DNA from: Octopus vulgaris
Lineage: Eukaryota
Assembly (NCBI GenBank): GCA_951406725.2
Contig: OX597822.1
Span: forward strand, 101,618,001-101,682,000
Length of the DNA: 64,000 bases
Direction of reading: 5' to 3'
The position numbers and the translations under genes are program-made. Position 1 is the first letter of the stretch; each line of letters begins with the position of its first letter. The notes beneath the pieces are model-generated. The model was not told the origin of the DNA and ran no database searches. It saw only the letters and a program-made list of their open reading frames with translations. Positions 1 through 13,250 of this stretch are shown here, piece after piece.

Positions 1-1210
1 GACAAGGTGGATCATGGTATGATATGCCACAAACTGCGTGACCTCGGCATAGCTGGAAAACTTGGAGTGTGGTTACATGACTTCCTGAAAGATAGGAGTC
101 AGGCAGTAGTGGTTAATGGAGCCACCTCTATGAACACACAAATAGTGAGCGATGTTCCACAGGGCACTGTCTTGGGACCACTGCCCTCTCAGATATGCCC
201 ACAAATGCCCGGATAGCCACTCTGGCCAGCTATGCAGACGATACAAAAGTCTCGCAGAAAATACAGAACCTCAGTGATGTTGCACACTGCAGCAGGAGTT
301 GGACTCAATCTACAGATGGACTGAGGATAATAATATGCAGTTTAATGCTGAAAAATTCCAGGCCCTGCGCTACCAGCATCCAAAACTGAATATTAAACTT
401 ACAGGATACACCGGTCCACAGGGAATTTCAATCCCAGAGCCTAAGTCTGTGAGGGACCTGGATATCGACATTAGTGATGATACCTCTTTCCAAGTGCACA
501 TTACCAGGATGGCGACAAAGTGCAGACGACTGGCTGGGTGGATCCTAAGAACATTCAGAACCAGAGATAAGGAAGCCATGATAGTTCTCTGGCGAACATT
601 CGTCCTCAGCCGCCTGGATTACTGCTCACATCTATGGTCACCCACCAGTGTAAAATTAACAGCGGATCTTGAAGCAATCCAGAGAAGATTCACAAAGAAG
701 ATCGTCTCTTTGCAACAGCTCAGCTACTGGGAAAGGTTGAAACAGCTAAGACTCTACTCACTGGAGAGAAGACGGGAGAGGTATGCAGTAATATATGTCT
801 GGAAGATCCTGGAAGAAATTGTGCCAAATGTTGGCATTGTAAGCTACACCAGTGCTAGAACGGGACGACACTGCATAGTGCCAAAGATCCCAGCAATGCC
901 ATCACGCTTCAGGACCAGCTTCTGTAACAGTCTGGGTTTCAAGGGCCCACAGCTTTTTAATATTCTCCCAAAGAGTCTCAGGAACTTGCACAAAGTGGAT
1001 GTAGCGGTTTTTAAATCAAAGCTGGATATCTTCCTGTCAAGAGTCCCAGATGAACCTACCTCACGGCAAGAGGTGCAAATGAGAGTAGCTATATCAAACT
1101 CCATTCTTCACCAAGTGCCACATATTAGACGAGGTTCTTCGCAATAACAGTGAAGTACAAAACGGCGGTGCATCAGCATGGCCGCAGCTCTGAGCTGAAA
1201 CTAGAAAAAA
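1..1210 (+). mobile_element. 3' part of CR1/L2-group LINE (frameshifted RT plus C-terminal domain and 3' tail); runs off window start
   Basis: Translations include DKVDHG..KL, VPQGTVLGPL, YADDTK, MQFNAEKF, VLSRLDYCS.LWSP, LEAIQRRFTK, SYWERLKQLRLYSLERRRER. Stop at 1147, then tail ggcggtgcatcagcatggccgcagctctgagctgaaactagaaaaaa. Confidence 0.93.
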
Positions 1211-1326
1211 ATATATTTTAGATTTGCTTCTTAGCTTTTACACTTGGTTTCAAATACTAGAGTCTCGAAATCCATACTCCACGATTCTAAGCCATGTGTC
1301 AAGTAACCGAGTATTGAATTGAATAT

Positions 1327-1327
<1 letters not shown>

Positions 1328-1417
<90 letters not shown>

Positions 1418-1545
1418 CAATGTGTACGTGTCTGAGTGTGTATGCATATATATTGAGAGAGAAATTGAAAGAGATATGGATATTCGGACGTGGAGTACGT
1501 CATTAAACAGGTAGTACTAGTAGTAGTAGTAGTAGTAGCAGTAAC

Positions 1546-1622
<77 letters not shown>

Positions 1623-1636
1623 TAATAATAATAATG

Positions 1637-1671
<35 letters not shown>

Positions 1672-1672
1672 T
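1328..1672. repeat. (TG)n followed by (GTA)n/(AAT)n microsatellites
   Basis: Direct inspection: (TG)n about 1328-1412, trinucleotide run about 1511-1672. Confidence 0.95.
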
Positions 1673-1689
1673 AATCATTTTTTTCTCTT

Positions 1690-1865
1690 ATAAGCAGAAG
1701 TCCTGAAATTTGTGGTTCAAGAACTAGTCTATGACATCGATCCCAGTGCTTAACTGATGTCTATTTGTTCGACTCTGAATGAATGAAACCCAAAGTCAAC
1801 CAGGACGGAACTTGAACTCAGAACGTAAAGACTGACGAAATGCCGCTAAGACTTCTGCCAGCTGG
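1690..1865 (-). mobile_element. Degenerate SINE family B copy
   Basis: Reverse complement contains ttacgttctgagttcaagttcc...gttgactttgggtttcattcattcagagtcgaacaaat, homologous to the intact copy at 26221-26441. Confidence 0.7.
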
Positions 1866-4174
1866 CAGAGATCAACTGGATTCCCCTATTCAGGTCGTAC
1901 GAATTTTCTCACGTCATCCCGCCAACATTCGATCCAGATAAATGCGCTTCTCTTGAAATGAGGAGAGAGTGAAAAGTAGAGAGCAGCGATGTAGAACTTT
2001 CAGATGATGAGCGTATAAATGATCTGATGATGAGCGTATAAAACCTCAAAAGGAGCCGACACGTGACATAAATAAGCCAGGAAAAGAAAATGGAGGATAA
2101 TGATAATGATAAGCTAAGCAGAAAACTTCAGTAATTACTACTCTCATTTTTCTCAGACTTTAATGATTTTCAAACAATGAAAGAAATCAATCAAAATGCG
2201 TTATGTCAATTAATTTTCTTTGGGGGAGTAAATGTATGTGTGTTTCTCTCGTGGAAGAGGCCGATAATCATGGGACCTCTGATTAGACATATATGGATAT
2301 ATTAGAGATATATGGATTGTCAGAACCAGTAAATATGGAAACTTACTCGTCTTTTTGTAGCCGATAGTTTCCTTATATCTACGTTATTTTCTTTTGAAAT
2401 CTTTTTCTCATCAGTCTTTCCCAAATGCTTGATTTGCTAGTTCTTCGTCTTCAACACCCACTCGCTCGCAGATGAACGACAATGTTTTGTCGTCGAAGTT
2501 AATGCTAAGTATGTATTATGTCCTATAAGAAATGCATAAGTTACCAGGAAAATGATTACAATCGGTATAATGACATGTCGGTTGAGAAATTTTATAATCA
2601 TATAGAACATATGTCTGGTGACACGTGGTTTTAAGATGAATTACAATAACGACTGAAAGTAAATAGACAATGCTTATATTTGTCAAAACACAGACAATAA
2701 TAATCCCAATCGCTTTGTTTTTTATTTCACTTGATACTACAGAACTAAAATGCAATAACTCTCAGTCACGATTCCATTTGAGTCTTCTCGGCAAAAGCGG
2801 GGGTCTACATGGTCTTGTGTTTATGGCTGGAAATAAGGCTGCTTCTGTTAATTAGCTAGCCGTAAATGCAAAACCTTCCGTATCGTCTTCCATGGGTACA
2901 GTTACATTAAATCGCACCCATTAAAGTGAACTCGCATGTTTAAAGGGCCAAACTATATCTCGCTATAAGTAGTGGTCTTCTCTATCTTTATACAAGAGAC
3001 GTTTGACATTGACTCAACAGCTTACATTTGATATCCCTTCCAGTTCTTCTGAGAGAAAACAAAATAATAAAATGATTTATTGCACCTGGTTTTGTGGATG
3101 AATTTGGTTGGGGGAAGTTATTTAGAGTGCCCTCTCTAGTGCACAGCTTCCTTTCAAACCTGAAGACGGTGCGACGGGATGCGAGCATAGAATCTATTTC
3201 TTTTATGAAACAAGCAAAAGATAAAAGATAAAACCAGCTTAAGCAAAGGGCTATGGGCTATTCTAATGTTGTATAAATTCATTCTGTTAGATTATTTTAT
3301 TTTTTATTTAATAAATTTCTACACACATTTATTGTAATGATATTCATATGGGGATGAATCAGAGAAAACGAAAGGGCTTTTCATATTTCGTTTATGAATT
3401 TTCTCAGTTAATTCTAAGACACATACTTACAATCTACGAGCAATTAAAAGTAGTTATTTATCACACAATCTATTCACTTTGAACGACTAACCAAAAAGTA
3501 AATTTTAACATAGTAATTGAAGTACATGCATTTTCGTAAAGTCTTTATAAACATAAATAACGTGAGGTGATTAATGTAAAACCTAGACAAGACACGAAAC
3601 TTCAGGGGGCTGAGATGTGTTGAAGTACATCACTCATCATAATGTAAATTACTTAAAAGTCTGAGGCAAACAATCGAACAAATTGATATTGTATCTATAC
3701 TTGTCCAAAACCTACAAAATTCGCCATCAAATCTCAGTAGAAATAATATCATTCCCTATGCGAGTGATTCGCACCATAATTTATAAATTGAATTCGCAAC
3801 GCTGTTTTTACATCTTTGATTACACAAATTACGATTTATATAATTGTTTTTTAGAGTCACAATCAGGTTTCCATCTACTAACAACAAAAAGAAAGTAATC
3901 TGATGAAAGCACCTTATTAAAAACACCCTTTAATTATACATCAATTTCGGAGATTTCTGCGTCTAAATTTTAAAACCTGACAGATGGGATTTGTATTTCG
4001 TCTTTTTCAGGAAAGTAGGATTCGCAATAATTTTACAGACAATAATTTTACAAATATATTTGAATACAGCTATATTCAAAGACTTTGAAGATATCAGTAT
4101 TTGTAACAAGACAGTGTACCCTGAAATATAAACATCATTGTTATTTCATACAAGTAAAAGATTATATATAACCA

Positions 4175-4207
4175 TATGTGCGTGTGTGTGTGTGTGTAAG
4201 TGTACGC

Positions 4208-4270
<63 letters not shown>

Positions 4271-4322
4271 AAGTCAATTCAATATATATATATATATCAT
4301 ATATATACATGCATGTGAGTGT

Positions 4323-4413
<91 letters not shown>

Positions 4414-4445
4414 CATATACATATATGTGTGTGTGTGTATTTGTA
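4175..4445. repeat. Compound (TG)n(CA)n(TA)n microsatellite
   Basis: Direct inspection. Confidence 0.9.
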
Positions 4446-4522
4446 TATTAATTAAAGGGAAACGGACAATATAAATCGAAGGCAGGAAGAATATATCAAG
4501 TCATTTACAATATATAATTTGA

Positions 4523-4600
4523 AGTCCTCCAGTCGTTTCTAGGATATCCCATGTGATAGGCTAGCATGTGCGTTCACTAAGTATTCCAACATCAGAGACT
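4523..4600 (-). ncRNA. Degenerate type-I hammerhead-like motif (Penelope-type pLTR remnant)
   Basis: Reverse complement: agtct-CTGATGT-tggaatac...gatatccta-GAAA-C-gact-GGA-ggact. Stem I pairs (agtct/ggact). The core has two deviations (A9, U16.1). Confidence 0.4.
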
Positions 4601-5025
4601 ATGCGGCTATGTGTGAAAGTTCTAGATAGGGAAATTCACAAGTTAAAAGGCATGAAATGGGAAATTGAAGAATATCGGTAGATAGAAGAATACAGAGAGG
4701 AGTTTAATGTTCACAGCACATCCTTTTCCAGAGGGTAGGGACCTAAGTTGGCACTTCGATCAAGTACTTGAGATACCCTCGCTGCCTTGATTTGTGTTGT
4801 CCTTTTTCTTTTAATTAATATAGACCAGCTAACTCAGACGCCTAACGCGGGTCATTAGCTCCAGCCTCAGATGTGAAATTGGAACGTAACGGATAATCGA
4901 ATATAGCACTTTGTCAGCGTATCTATTCGTTTAGATCACCAAGGAATTACAGACATATATACATATATATTAATATTATATCTATGTATATGCATGTGTA
5001 TACACTTATACCCACGCACATGTAT

Positions 5026-5364
5026 GAAGCCTGCTACCCAAACGTAGTTTTGGGTTCAGTCCCACTGCGTCGCAACATGGACGAGAATCTCCCGCTATAG
5101 CCTCCGGCCGACCTGGTCCTTTTCAGTGAATTCGATAGCCGGAAACTGAAAGAAACATCTCATCTCAGTATATGTGCGGATAAGCGTGTATGTATGTTTG
5201 TGTTTGTGTGTTTGCGTGTTTTAGACTGCTTAACAACCGGCGTAGGTGCGTTTATGGCCCCTTAATTTGAAGTCCTCCAGTCGTTTATGGCCCATTCATT
5301 TAATTAAATATTATTCAAGGGGGTGCGCCATCTTGGCCGATGTCTACTGACAGAAACAAAAGAT

Positions 5365-5365
<1 letters not shown>
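5026..5365 (+). mobile_element. Degenerate SINE family A copy
   Basis: gggttcagtcccactgcgt B-box region, ggaaactgaaagaa, TG-rich middle, tail ggggtgcgccatcttggccg...gaaacaaaag. Confidence 0.7.
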
Positions 5366-5425
<60 letters not shown>

Positions 5426-5453
5426 ACATACATTCAAATGGACAGAGATGTAC

Positions 5454-5489
<36 letters not shown>

Positions 5490-5689
5490 ACGGGTGTGTG
5501 TCTGTGTGTCCTGTATGTATTGTATATAAAAGCTGATCATCGTAGTAATTTCGGCTTATATATATATAATAATATATTGTATACCACTACATGTATATAT
5601 CTACGTACACAGACAAACATACTCACGCACACATACACATATATGTATGTACAATATTGCTAAATACTATGGTGATGATTGCTTACTAC

Positions 5690-5882
5690 TACTCGGCGCG
5701 GGAGGATGACTGTTGTGAAGGGTCGATTACAGCTGCGGAGGTCGGGTATGTGCTAGATGAATGCGCCAGGAACAAGTCATCGGGGCTGGATGGTCTGCCC
5801 TATGAATTTTATCGTAGTATGCCGGACTTGCTCGGACACTTGCTGGCCTGCGTCTACGCAAACTGGCAGAAGAATGGGGAAT
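5690..5882 (+). mobile_element. Short L1/Tx1-clade LINE ORF2 fragment
   Basis: CEGSITAAEV..VL..CARNKSSGLDGLPYEFY matches the 'EGPIT..E...KSPGPDGLP.EFY' motif just upstream of the RT in L1/Tx1 elements. Confidence 0.75.
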
Positions 5883-6173
5883 TTATGTGTATTTATGGCT
5901 TTGCGTTTCGCTTTCCTATGTGCATTAATAAATATCTCATTTATATCTATTAGTATGTTTCCGCTGAAGTTGGGAGAGCATTTGGGCAGATCCAGATTTT
6001 AGCTAATGTAGAACTATCTTATCGAAAATTTCCGTTGGCTTGTTGCAAAGAATTCAAAATGTGTTTCTGACTTCTTTCAGTGATGAGGCGATTTAGCGTC
6101 TTTTTCTCAGCATATAGCTAGGAAATTTATTTCTAAGCCCTTATTATAAATACACGGACACACACATATATTA

Positions 6174-6340
6174 TATCTATCTATCTATCTATTTATCTAT
6201 CTATCTAGTTATCGATCTATCTACATATCTATCTATTTATCAATCTATCTACTTATATATATATATATACCTATCTTTATATATACCTATCTACCTATCT
6301 ATCTATCTTATCTATCTATTTATCTATCTATCTGTTTGTC
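6174..6340. repeat. (ATCT)n/GATA-type microsatellite
   Basis: Direct inspection. Confidence 0.9.
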
Positions 6341-6374
6341 TATATGTATATATGTATAAATATATTTATATATA

Positions 6375-6763
<389 letters not shown>

Positions 6764-7235
6764 CGCCCACATATACATATGTATATATAATATAAAGCTG
6801 AGGGTGATGATGATGATGATGATGATGATTGTTTACCATCACATTGCAGGACTGCGTCGATGACATTGCATTAATATTCTGATACATTGTAGTAGTCGGG
6901 ACACTCAAGACAGTGGCAGGTTGTTTAAGTATGTTCTAAATGTTAAGTCAAGTGAAGTAAACAACAAAGCTTTGGTCCTAAAATTGTCAACAATCCTCTT
7001 CTCCAAATATTTCACACAACTTTCTCTCTCTAAGAAATTAGCATTGTTTACCTTTTTGTATAGTGGTGACACAATAAATCACACACGCATACACATTCAT
7101 AATACTTACATACATGCATACATACATACACACATACATACATGCACACATACATACATGCATCAAGCTTACCTGCATACATGCGTCCATCCATCCACAT
7201 ATAAATGCAACAAGCTTACACGTCTACATAGATAC

Positions 7236-7471
7236 CAGTGGTTGAGGCAGGGGTGTTGCTCTAGTTGCCCGGGTAACACCCTTTCTGGCCCATCCGACAC
7301 CCAAAAAAAAAAAAAGTCCCGGGACCAAGGTTTTTCAGAGCATAACTGTTTTATATGTTTCTGGTCTGCTACAACATAGAATACATAAAAATGTGTCCAT
7401 TTGTTACAAATTGCGATTCCCAACCAATATAGTAATTTTTTGGAAACAAAAAAGATCCTGGGTCCCCACTG
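7236..7471. mobile_element. Possible hAT-type MITE
   Basis: Ends cagtggttgaggcagg / cctgggtccccactg (imperfect TIR). Flanks catagatac vs catacacac resemble a decayed TSD. Confidence 0.45.
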
Positions 7472-7593
7472 CATACACACAGACGCATTCACACACTCTT
7501 AAGCAACCATGGCCGCAGTCAAGTGACTGAAACAAGTAAAAGAGTAAAAGAGTATGCATATTTATATCTCGCGTATGCAGAGCTGTGTTAAGA

Positions 7594-7976
7594 CGGAGAC
7601 GTGGTTGTGTGGTAAGAAACTAACTTCCCAAACACATAGATTCCAGTTCAGTTCCGCTGCATGGCATCTTGGGCAAGTATCTTCTACTATATCCTCGGAT
7701 CGACCAAAGCCTTGTGAGTGTATTTAGTAGAGAGTAACTGTAATAAACCCGTTTTATATCTATGTATATACTTATGTGTGTCTGTGTTTGTCCCCCTCAC
7801 TCTCACTTGACAACTGATGTTGGTGTGTTTACGTCCTTGTAATGGAGCGGGTTGACAAGGGAAAGTTATAGAATGAATACTAGTCTGGCAAACAATAAAT
7901 TCTGGGGTCGATCTGTTCCTCTAAAACACGTTAAGGCGTTATTCCAGTAATCAAATGACTGAAAAAGTAAATGAAT
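7594..7976 (+). mobile_element. SINE family A copy (diverged)
   Basis: gtggttgtgtggtaag A box, gttcagttcc B box, cttgggcaagt CORE-like motif, tail tcaaatgactgaaaaagtaaa. Confidence 0.8.
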
Positions 7977-8039
7977 ATACACGTGCACAAATACATTTAT
8001 ACATGATATATATATATATATATATATAGTTATGAGTAG

Positions 8040-8083
8040 CATGAAGGTGAAATTAATTAATTTGAATAATTATCAATTACACA

Positions 8084-8121
<38 letters not shown>

Positions 8122-9420
8122 ACAAATGAATTATCTTATTACGGATAATTCGAAAGATAACCGATATCTGGGTAAATGCTGTAAAATTCACAACAGAAAG
8201 GGCACGGTTGAAGTTACGACCATAGGGCATAAAATCCGTGCCTTAGTGCGGAAATTTGAAGTTTTATATATTAAGTATAGGAAAGAATGGAGCTGAACGA
8301 AGATTTAACAAAATTCCTTTATTTTCGACATATGTTTCGAAGTCTGCAAAGTCCCTAATTCCGATTGAATAAGGAGTCCATTATGCAGCTTTCTCTTCAG
8401 GAAAATCCAGGAACTTAATTCTCCAACAAAATACACAACAAGCTTTTCGACAACTGCTCACGAGGAGCCCATGAAATTAATGATACAAAATGTCTATTTA
8501 TATGGGTTGACGTCAGATTGGATGAAAGCAGAAGAGATTGTCCGTTGAGATAGTTCAAGGTCAGAATCAAGGTAGTAGAAGGAAGGTATAGGAAAATTAA
8601 AGAGTGTGAATGTATTCTGTATGACTGGTGCTTATATTTGATTTATTTTATGAATGAGTGCTAGAATGTATGAGTGTGAAAAATTGCCTTAATGTATGTG
8701 TGTGTGCGTCTTTGAATGCGTGACAGTGTGTTTTGAAGGCAGAGAAAGAGAGGTAGCAAGAATTAACGGTCAAGAAACTGAAAAGACTGTGTCTGTGTGT
8801 TCGAATGTGACAACTTAATAGAGAGAGGGCGTCCACAATAGCAATGACAAGATACAGTGTTGCTGTAGGGATTGGTAGCAGTTCTTGACAACTATGAGAA
8901 AGTCTTTTATACTAACAGGGATGAGATATCACCTTTCAAATTTTATTAGGAATTCCAGGGGTTATCTATATTAGACTGCATTGGTATGAGAGAAAGGTAT
9001 GCCTTTTCCAGTGAAGGCATCTGAAAGAACACTACACAATCGAGTTTACTAGTCGGCCTCGGGCGAACAGAATATGAAATAGTTCGGAATTACAAAGGGC
9101 ACATATTATTTTGCCCTTATCAAACGGTAAAGATACCGATAATATTGACCATTCCAGTCTAAAAGTTGAATTCGCGTTCTTCAAACGCCAGACTAATTTG
9201 CTTAGCCCAGTAGCGTGTTGTTTATTTCTATCTCGGAACGTGGAAAAATGGTTCGATATTATTGTGGCTAATTTTGGCTAATTGTGGCTAATTTTGATGA
9301 TGTAGCGCCGATATAGAGGAAGACATCGGATTCAGTATAAACTCTGCACTGATAAATGGCGTTTCTAATTTTGGAGTTGCTAGATAAGAACCTTAATCTA
9401 TTGGGATTGGTTTCCGATAC
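8040..9420 (-). mobile_element. Penelope-like element 3' fragment (GIY-YIG endonuclease plus pLTR)
   Basis: Minus-strand translation: RNAIYQCRVYTESDVFLYIGATS (GIY-YIG), NHFSTFRDRNKQHATGLSKLVWRLK...EWSIL, CALCNSEL, LVN...CLH. A hammerhead lies downstream at 8321-8406. Confidence 0.85.
8321..8406 (-). ncRNA. Type-I hammerhead ribozyme with canonical core
   Basis: Reverse complement: attttc-CTGAAGA-gaaagctgca...tgcagacttc-GAAA-CATAT-GTC-gaaaat. Perfect 6-bp stem I, extended stem II, palindromic stem III (ACATATGT), GUC cleavage triplet. Confidence 0.8.
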
Positions 9421-9511
9421 TAATACAGCGTTCTTATTACTATGATGGCTGTAAAAACTACCGCTGGGTTCGATACCTTGAATATAGAACATATGTATGT
9501 GTATTGTTGTA

Positions 9512-9607
<96 letters not shown>

Positions 9608-9616
9608 CATTATTAT
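9512..9616. repeat. (ATT)n microsatellite
   Basis: Direct inspection. Confidence 0.95.
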
Positions 9617-9784
9617 ATTGTATATATGTCTATATATTGTATATATATATATAGGAGTATGGATATATGCACTCATATGTATGTGTATATTATATTATAT
9701 ATTATATATTATGGGTATGTACCCACTATTGTATGGGTGTACCTCCTCTGATTTTCATATTTAATTTAGTTTGTTCTTCATAAA

Positions 9785-9908
9785 CTCTGAAGAGGCCTTG
9801 GGATATTTTTGTAAGTGTCTCATTTATAACTACATATTAACCTATCGCACATGGCTAATATGAGCATAATGAGGCACCCATATCTGCATGGCTTAAACAG
9901 CTGTAAGA
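9785..9908 (+). ncRNA. Degenerate hammerhead-like motif with long stem II
   Basis: ct-CTGAAGA-ggcc...ggct-TAAA-CAGCT-GTA-ag. Palindromic stem III ACAGCTGT, G12 replaced by T, weak stem I. Confidence 0.5.
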
Positions 9909-10298
9909 TGTTTCTATTTATATTTATATTTGTATTTATTTATATTCACTTATACATACTGTACTTATTGGATCATATTACTCTTTCATGTACATTGTTT
10001 TGTTCTATATTATTATGTTTGACCTTAATGTTCATATGTAGTGGTTTAATAAATTATATGATTGGGTATTATCTGGTAGTTGATCACTGATTAAGATGCG
10101 TTTCTCCATTTTCTTATTTTGTATTATTAATTTGTGGTAAAACATTTTATTTTGCCCATATAATACAGTAAATGAATTAATTGCATCGCAATTCTTAACA
10201 TTTATGTATTAACTTTGTTAGGTGCTTCACTAGCAGTATATTGGATATATGTTATGTCATGGAGGGTTGCACTTACAACCCCTATCTCAATTTGTGTG

Positions 10299-10413
<115 letters not shown>

Positions 10414-10430
10414 TATATATATATATATAA

Positions 10431-10620
10431 ATATATCTCTACAATAATATGTTACATTACTCAATAGTCAAGATAAAACTCTGAGTTTCAGATGCCGAAG
10501 TGGGAATCTACATCTCTTCGGTTATAACCGAAGAGATGTCGTGGATTCCACTTCGGCATCTGAAACTCAGAGTTTTATCTTGACTATTGAGTAATGTAAC
10601 ATATTATTGTATAGATAAAT
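10431..10620. repeat. ~190-bp near-perfect palindrome made of two back-to-back hammerhead-bearing units
   Basis: Centre cggtta|taaccg between 10524 and 10525. Arms are reverse complements apart from a short stretch in the stem-II loop. Each arm reads ataa-CCGAAGA-gatgt...ggcatc-t-GAAA-CTCAGAG-TT-ttat. Confidence 0.9.
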
Positions 10621-12062
10621 TTCCTCTATTTACATAATATTCAGGTCTCTTTCTTTCTTTTGTTATCTTACCGTTTTACCAATATATATAAATGTATATA
10701 TAAAGTATGGGGGTTTAGTTCACAAATCCCCAAAATGCTTTTGTATTTGTCGCACCTAAGCCTTTCTTTTCGGACAGTTTTGTTTGTAAACCCTCAGATT
10801 CCATAGTTCGGAATGAGTTTTTGCCCTTTGTTTCAACATGTTCTGTGTCACGTATGAGAAATACGTCTCTCCCACGTCCCGTAACTATTTTGAGGGATAC
10901 TGGAGGTCTCCAGTTTATGATTTCGAAGGATATTTTGTCTTTTTTTGATGAGTCGTCAGGGAACTCAGATGTTTTGTTTCAGGGTATAATGCGGCAATTC
11001 TTCTGCTACTCTCCATTTTCTGAATTTAACTTCAGATAAGATTTCTGGTGAGGTGAGAGTAGGTGTTCTTGACTTTTTCCCATTTCTGGGTGTTTATTTG
11101 TTGACCGGAATTGATGTTATGGGGTCCAATTTGGTGTTGATCCTATTGTCACTATTTCTCCAGGGAGTTCAGGTAATACAGAACAGTTGGAGGATGATTT
11201 TCCTGGTATTTTTGCTTCATGTGCAGCGACTTGTTCGATGTCGAAAGACATTTCTTCCAAGTCTTCTTCGCCGAATGATTCCATTCGTGATTTGACAGGT
11301 ACTTACTTGGATCATTTTTAAAAATAAATTAGAGGTGGATGATGTCTCTTCGATGGGTAGTGACTCTTCAGGTCTTCTTTCTAGAGAGCAGTATATTAGA
11401 GCGCAGTATGAAAATGCTGAGTTGCAGGTGTTAGCCAATATATCTGTCTCTTTCGTGTAGGTTAGCAAGGTACCAGTTCTCTACTACTTTAGGGATCGTG
11501 TTAGGATAAGGAAATATAGGCTGATTCCTATAGGTGTTGTTTGGCTTATTTAATCGAGTGTGTTGTACAGGATTGGAACAGTTTGCAATGATATGAGCAG
11601 TTGAATTATTTTGTCTCGTGTGTCTATTAGTTTTCGTTGGTAGTTAATTCTTTTGACCAATTCTTCCTGCTCTGTATTCTTTATCCGAATGAGTTCCTGT
11701 ACCCTGACGTTGTGATACTGTACAATGTGTAATACTATTGGAGGAATTACCAGTGTGTGTGTATGCCTTCTTCTAGCATTATGATAAGTCAGATTGTCAG
11801 TCATGCAAGAGACTGTAAGGCCACAAACACGTGGATAGATTTGCGACCTTAACACAATATTTCATTATAAGTGTTTCATAGTATTTCTCTTCACTTCTAT
11901 TTTTTTTCTTTTTAAATTTTAGAGTCTCTCATTTTCCATTTCCTTTTTCTTTGTCTGGATTCTTAAGGTCAGTGATACGTACAATAAATATTAACATATA
12001 TACTCATTGTATTTTGTATAAATATGTATGAATACTCATTAATAGGTGGCTTCATTATGCAC

Positions 12063-12101
<39 letters not shown>

Positions 12102-13089
12102 TATATATATATACACTCACACAGACACTCCCTCCCTCCCTCCTTCACACACTCACTCACTCACACACACACACCCCACACACTCACACTCTCTCTGTCT
12201 CTAACTCTGATTATTTCTGATTGTCGTTTCTATTCTTCAAATTCTACAGCATTTCTTATGCACTTTTATGCTTTCCATGCTAATCTTTTCCACGTATATA
12301 AATGCTTTCCAAATCAAACAAGCACTTCGTTTTAGAAGCTTCGAAGAAACTATAAGCTTATTCCCTAGCACTCATCTCTGCATGCACTGTAACTACTAGA
12401 AACTGCAGTGAGCTTATTAAAATTAAATACGTAATTCATGTCCTCTAAAAACACACACATACACCCAAACAGAAAGGCATACAATGACACATAAACAAAC
12501 ACACACATGTTATGGTTGCAACTTGATTCCGAAATATGCCACATTTGTTTGCTCAACGAAGCAGGGACGAGTATTTTTTAGTCCTGTTAGGGATCTAAAC
12601 ACTTTTGCGCAATCAAAGACATACTAACGAAGGCGACTTCCTGCTGCAGGTTTTGAGAGATTTAACATCTTCCCTGACTCATACCTTTGTTCTCTCGGGA
12701 AATTTTCAATTTTTGTGTTTTGCCGATCGCAGGCTATGTGCCTTGTCGTTCGAAGGCTGTGCGTTTTGGCTGCGTCTGAGGAAAAATAGAAGGAGAGAAC
12801 CTTTGCACATGGCAATTCCAACTCCCTCCCCAAACAGCCAAAACATTTCTGCCAAACGAACAACTATTCTACATCATAAGTATTACATAAGAGAGATGTC
12901 ACAACAAAAGCAGTTATATCGCACTCCCAGCCATTGGATGGCTGTTGATTCTCCTGTGTTCTCCCGGCCTTTGAAATAGTTTGCTTTTCGTCCTGCAGGG
13001 AGTTAAACGAAGGGTGTCCACTTTACCAAGTACATACATAAATACACACACACACACACACACACACACGCATACATACATATATATAC

Positions 13090-13144
<55 letters not shown>

Positions 13145-13250
13145 CATACATACATGCATGCATACATATCTTATATAAAATTTCTGAGAGACATATAAAC
13201 AGTAACAGTACGGAATTGTAAACTATATTTGCCAACTGAATGTGGCGTGC

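Noticed and set aside
2400-3250. Repeat-free stretch with TTTATGG/TAATTA motifs suggesting an enhancer
   Set aside because: Such short motifs are expected by chance in AT-rich DNA. Conservation data would be needed.
3898-3925. CTGATGA hammerhead box (also about 2024 and 57795)
   Set aside because: No appropriately placed stem II, GAAAC and NUH downstream.
12560-13010. ORFs of 124 and 79 aa and TIR-like ttttcgtcctgcagggagttaa
   Set aside because: No protein motif, and no convincing inverted partner for the putative terminus. It may be a DNA-element remnant but cannot be called.
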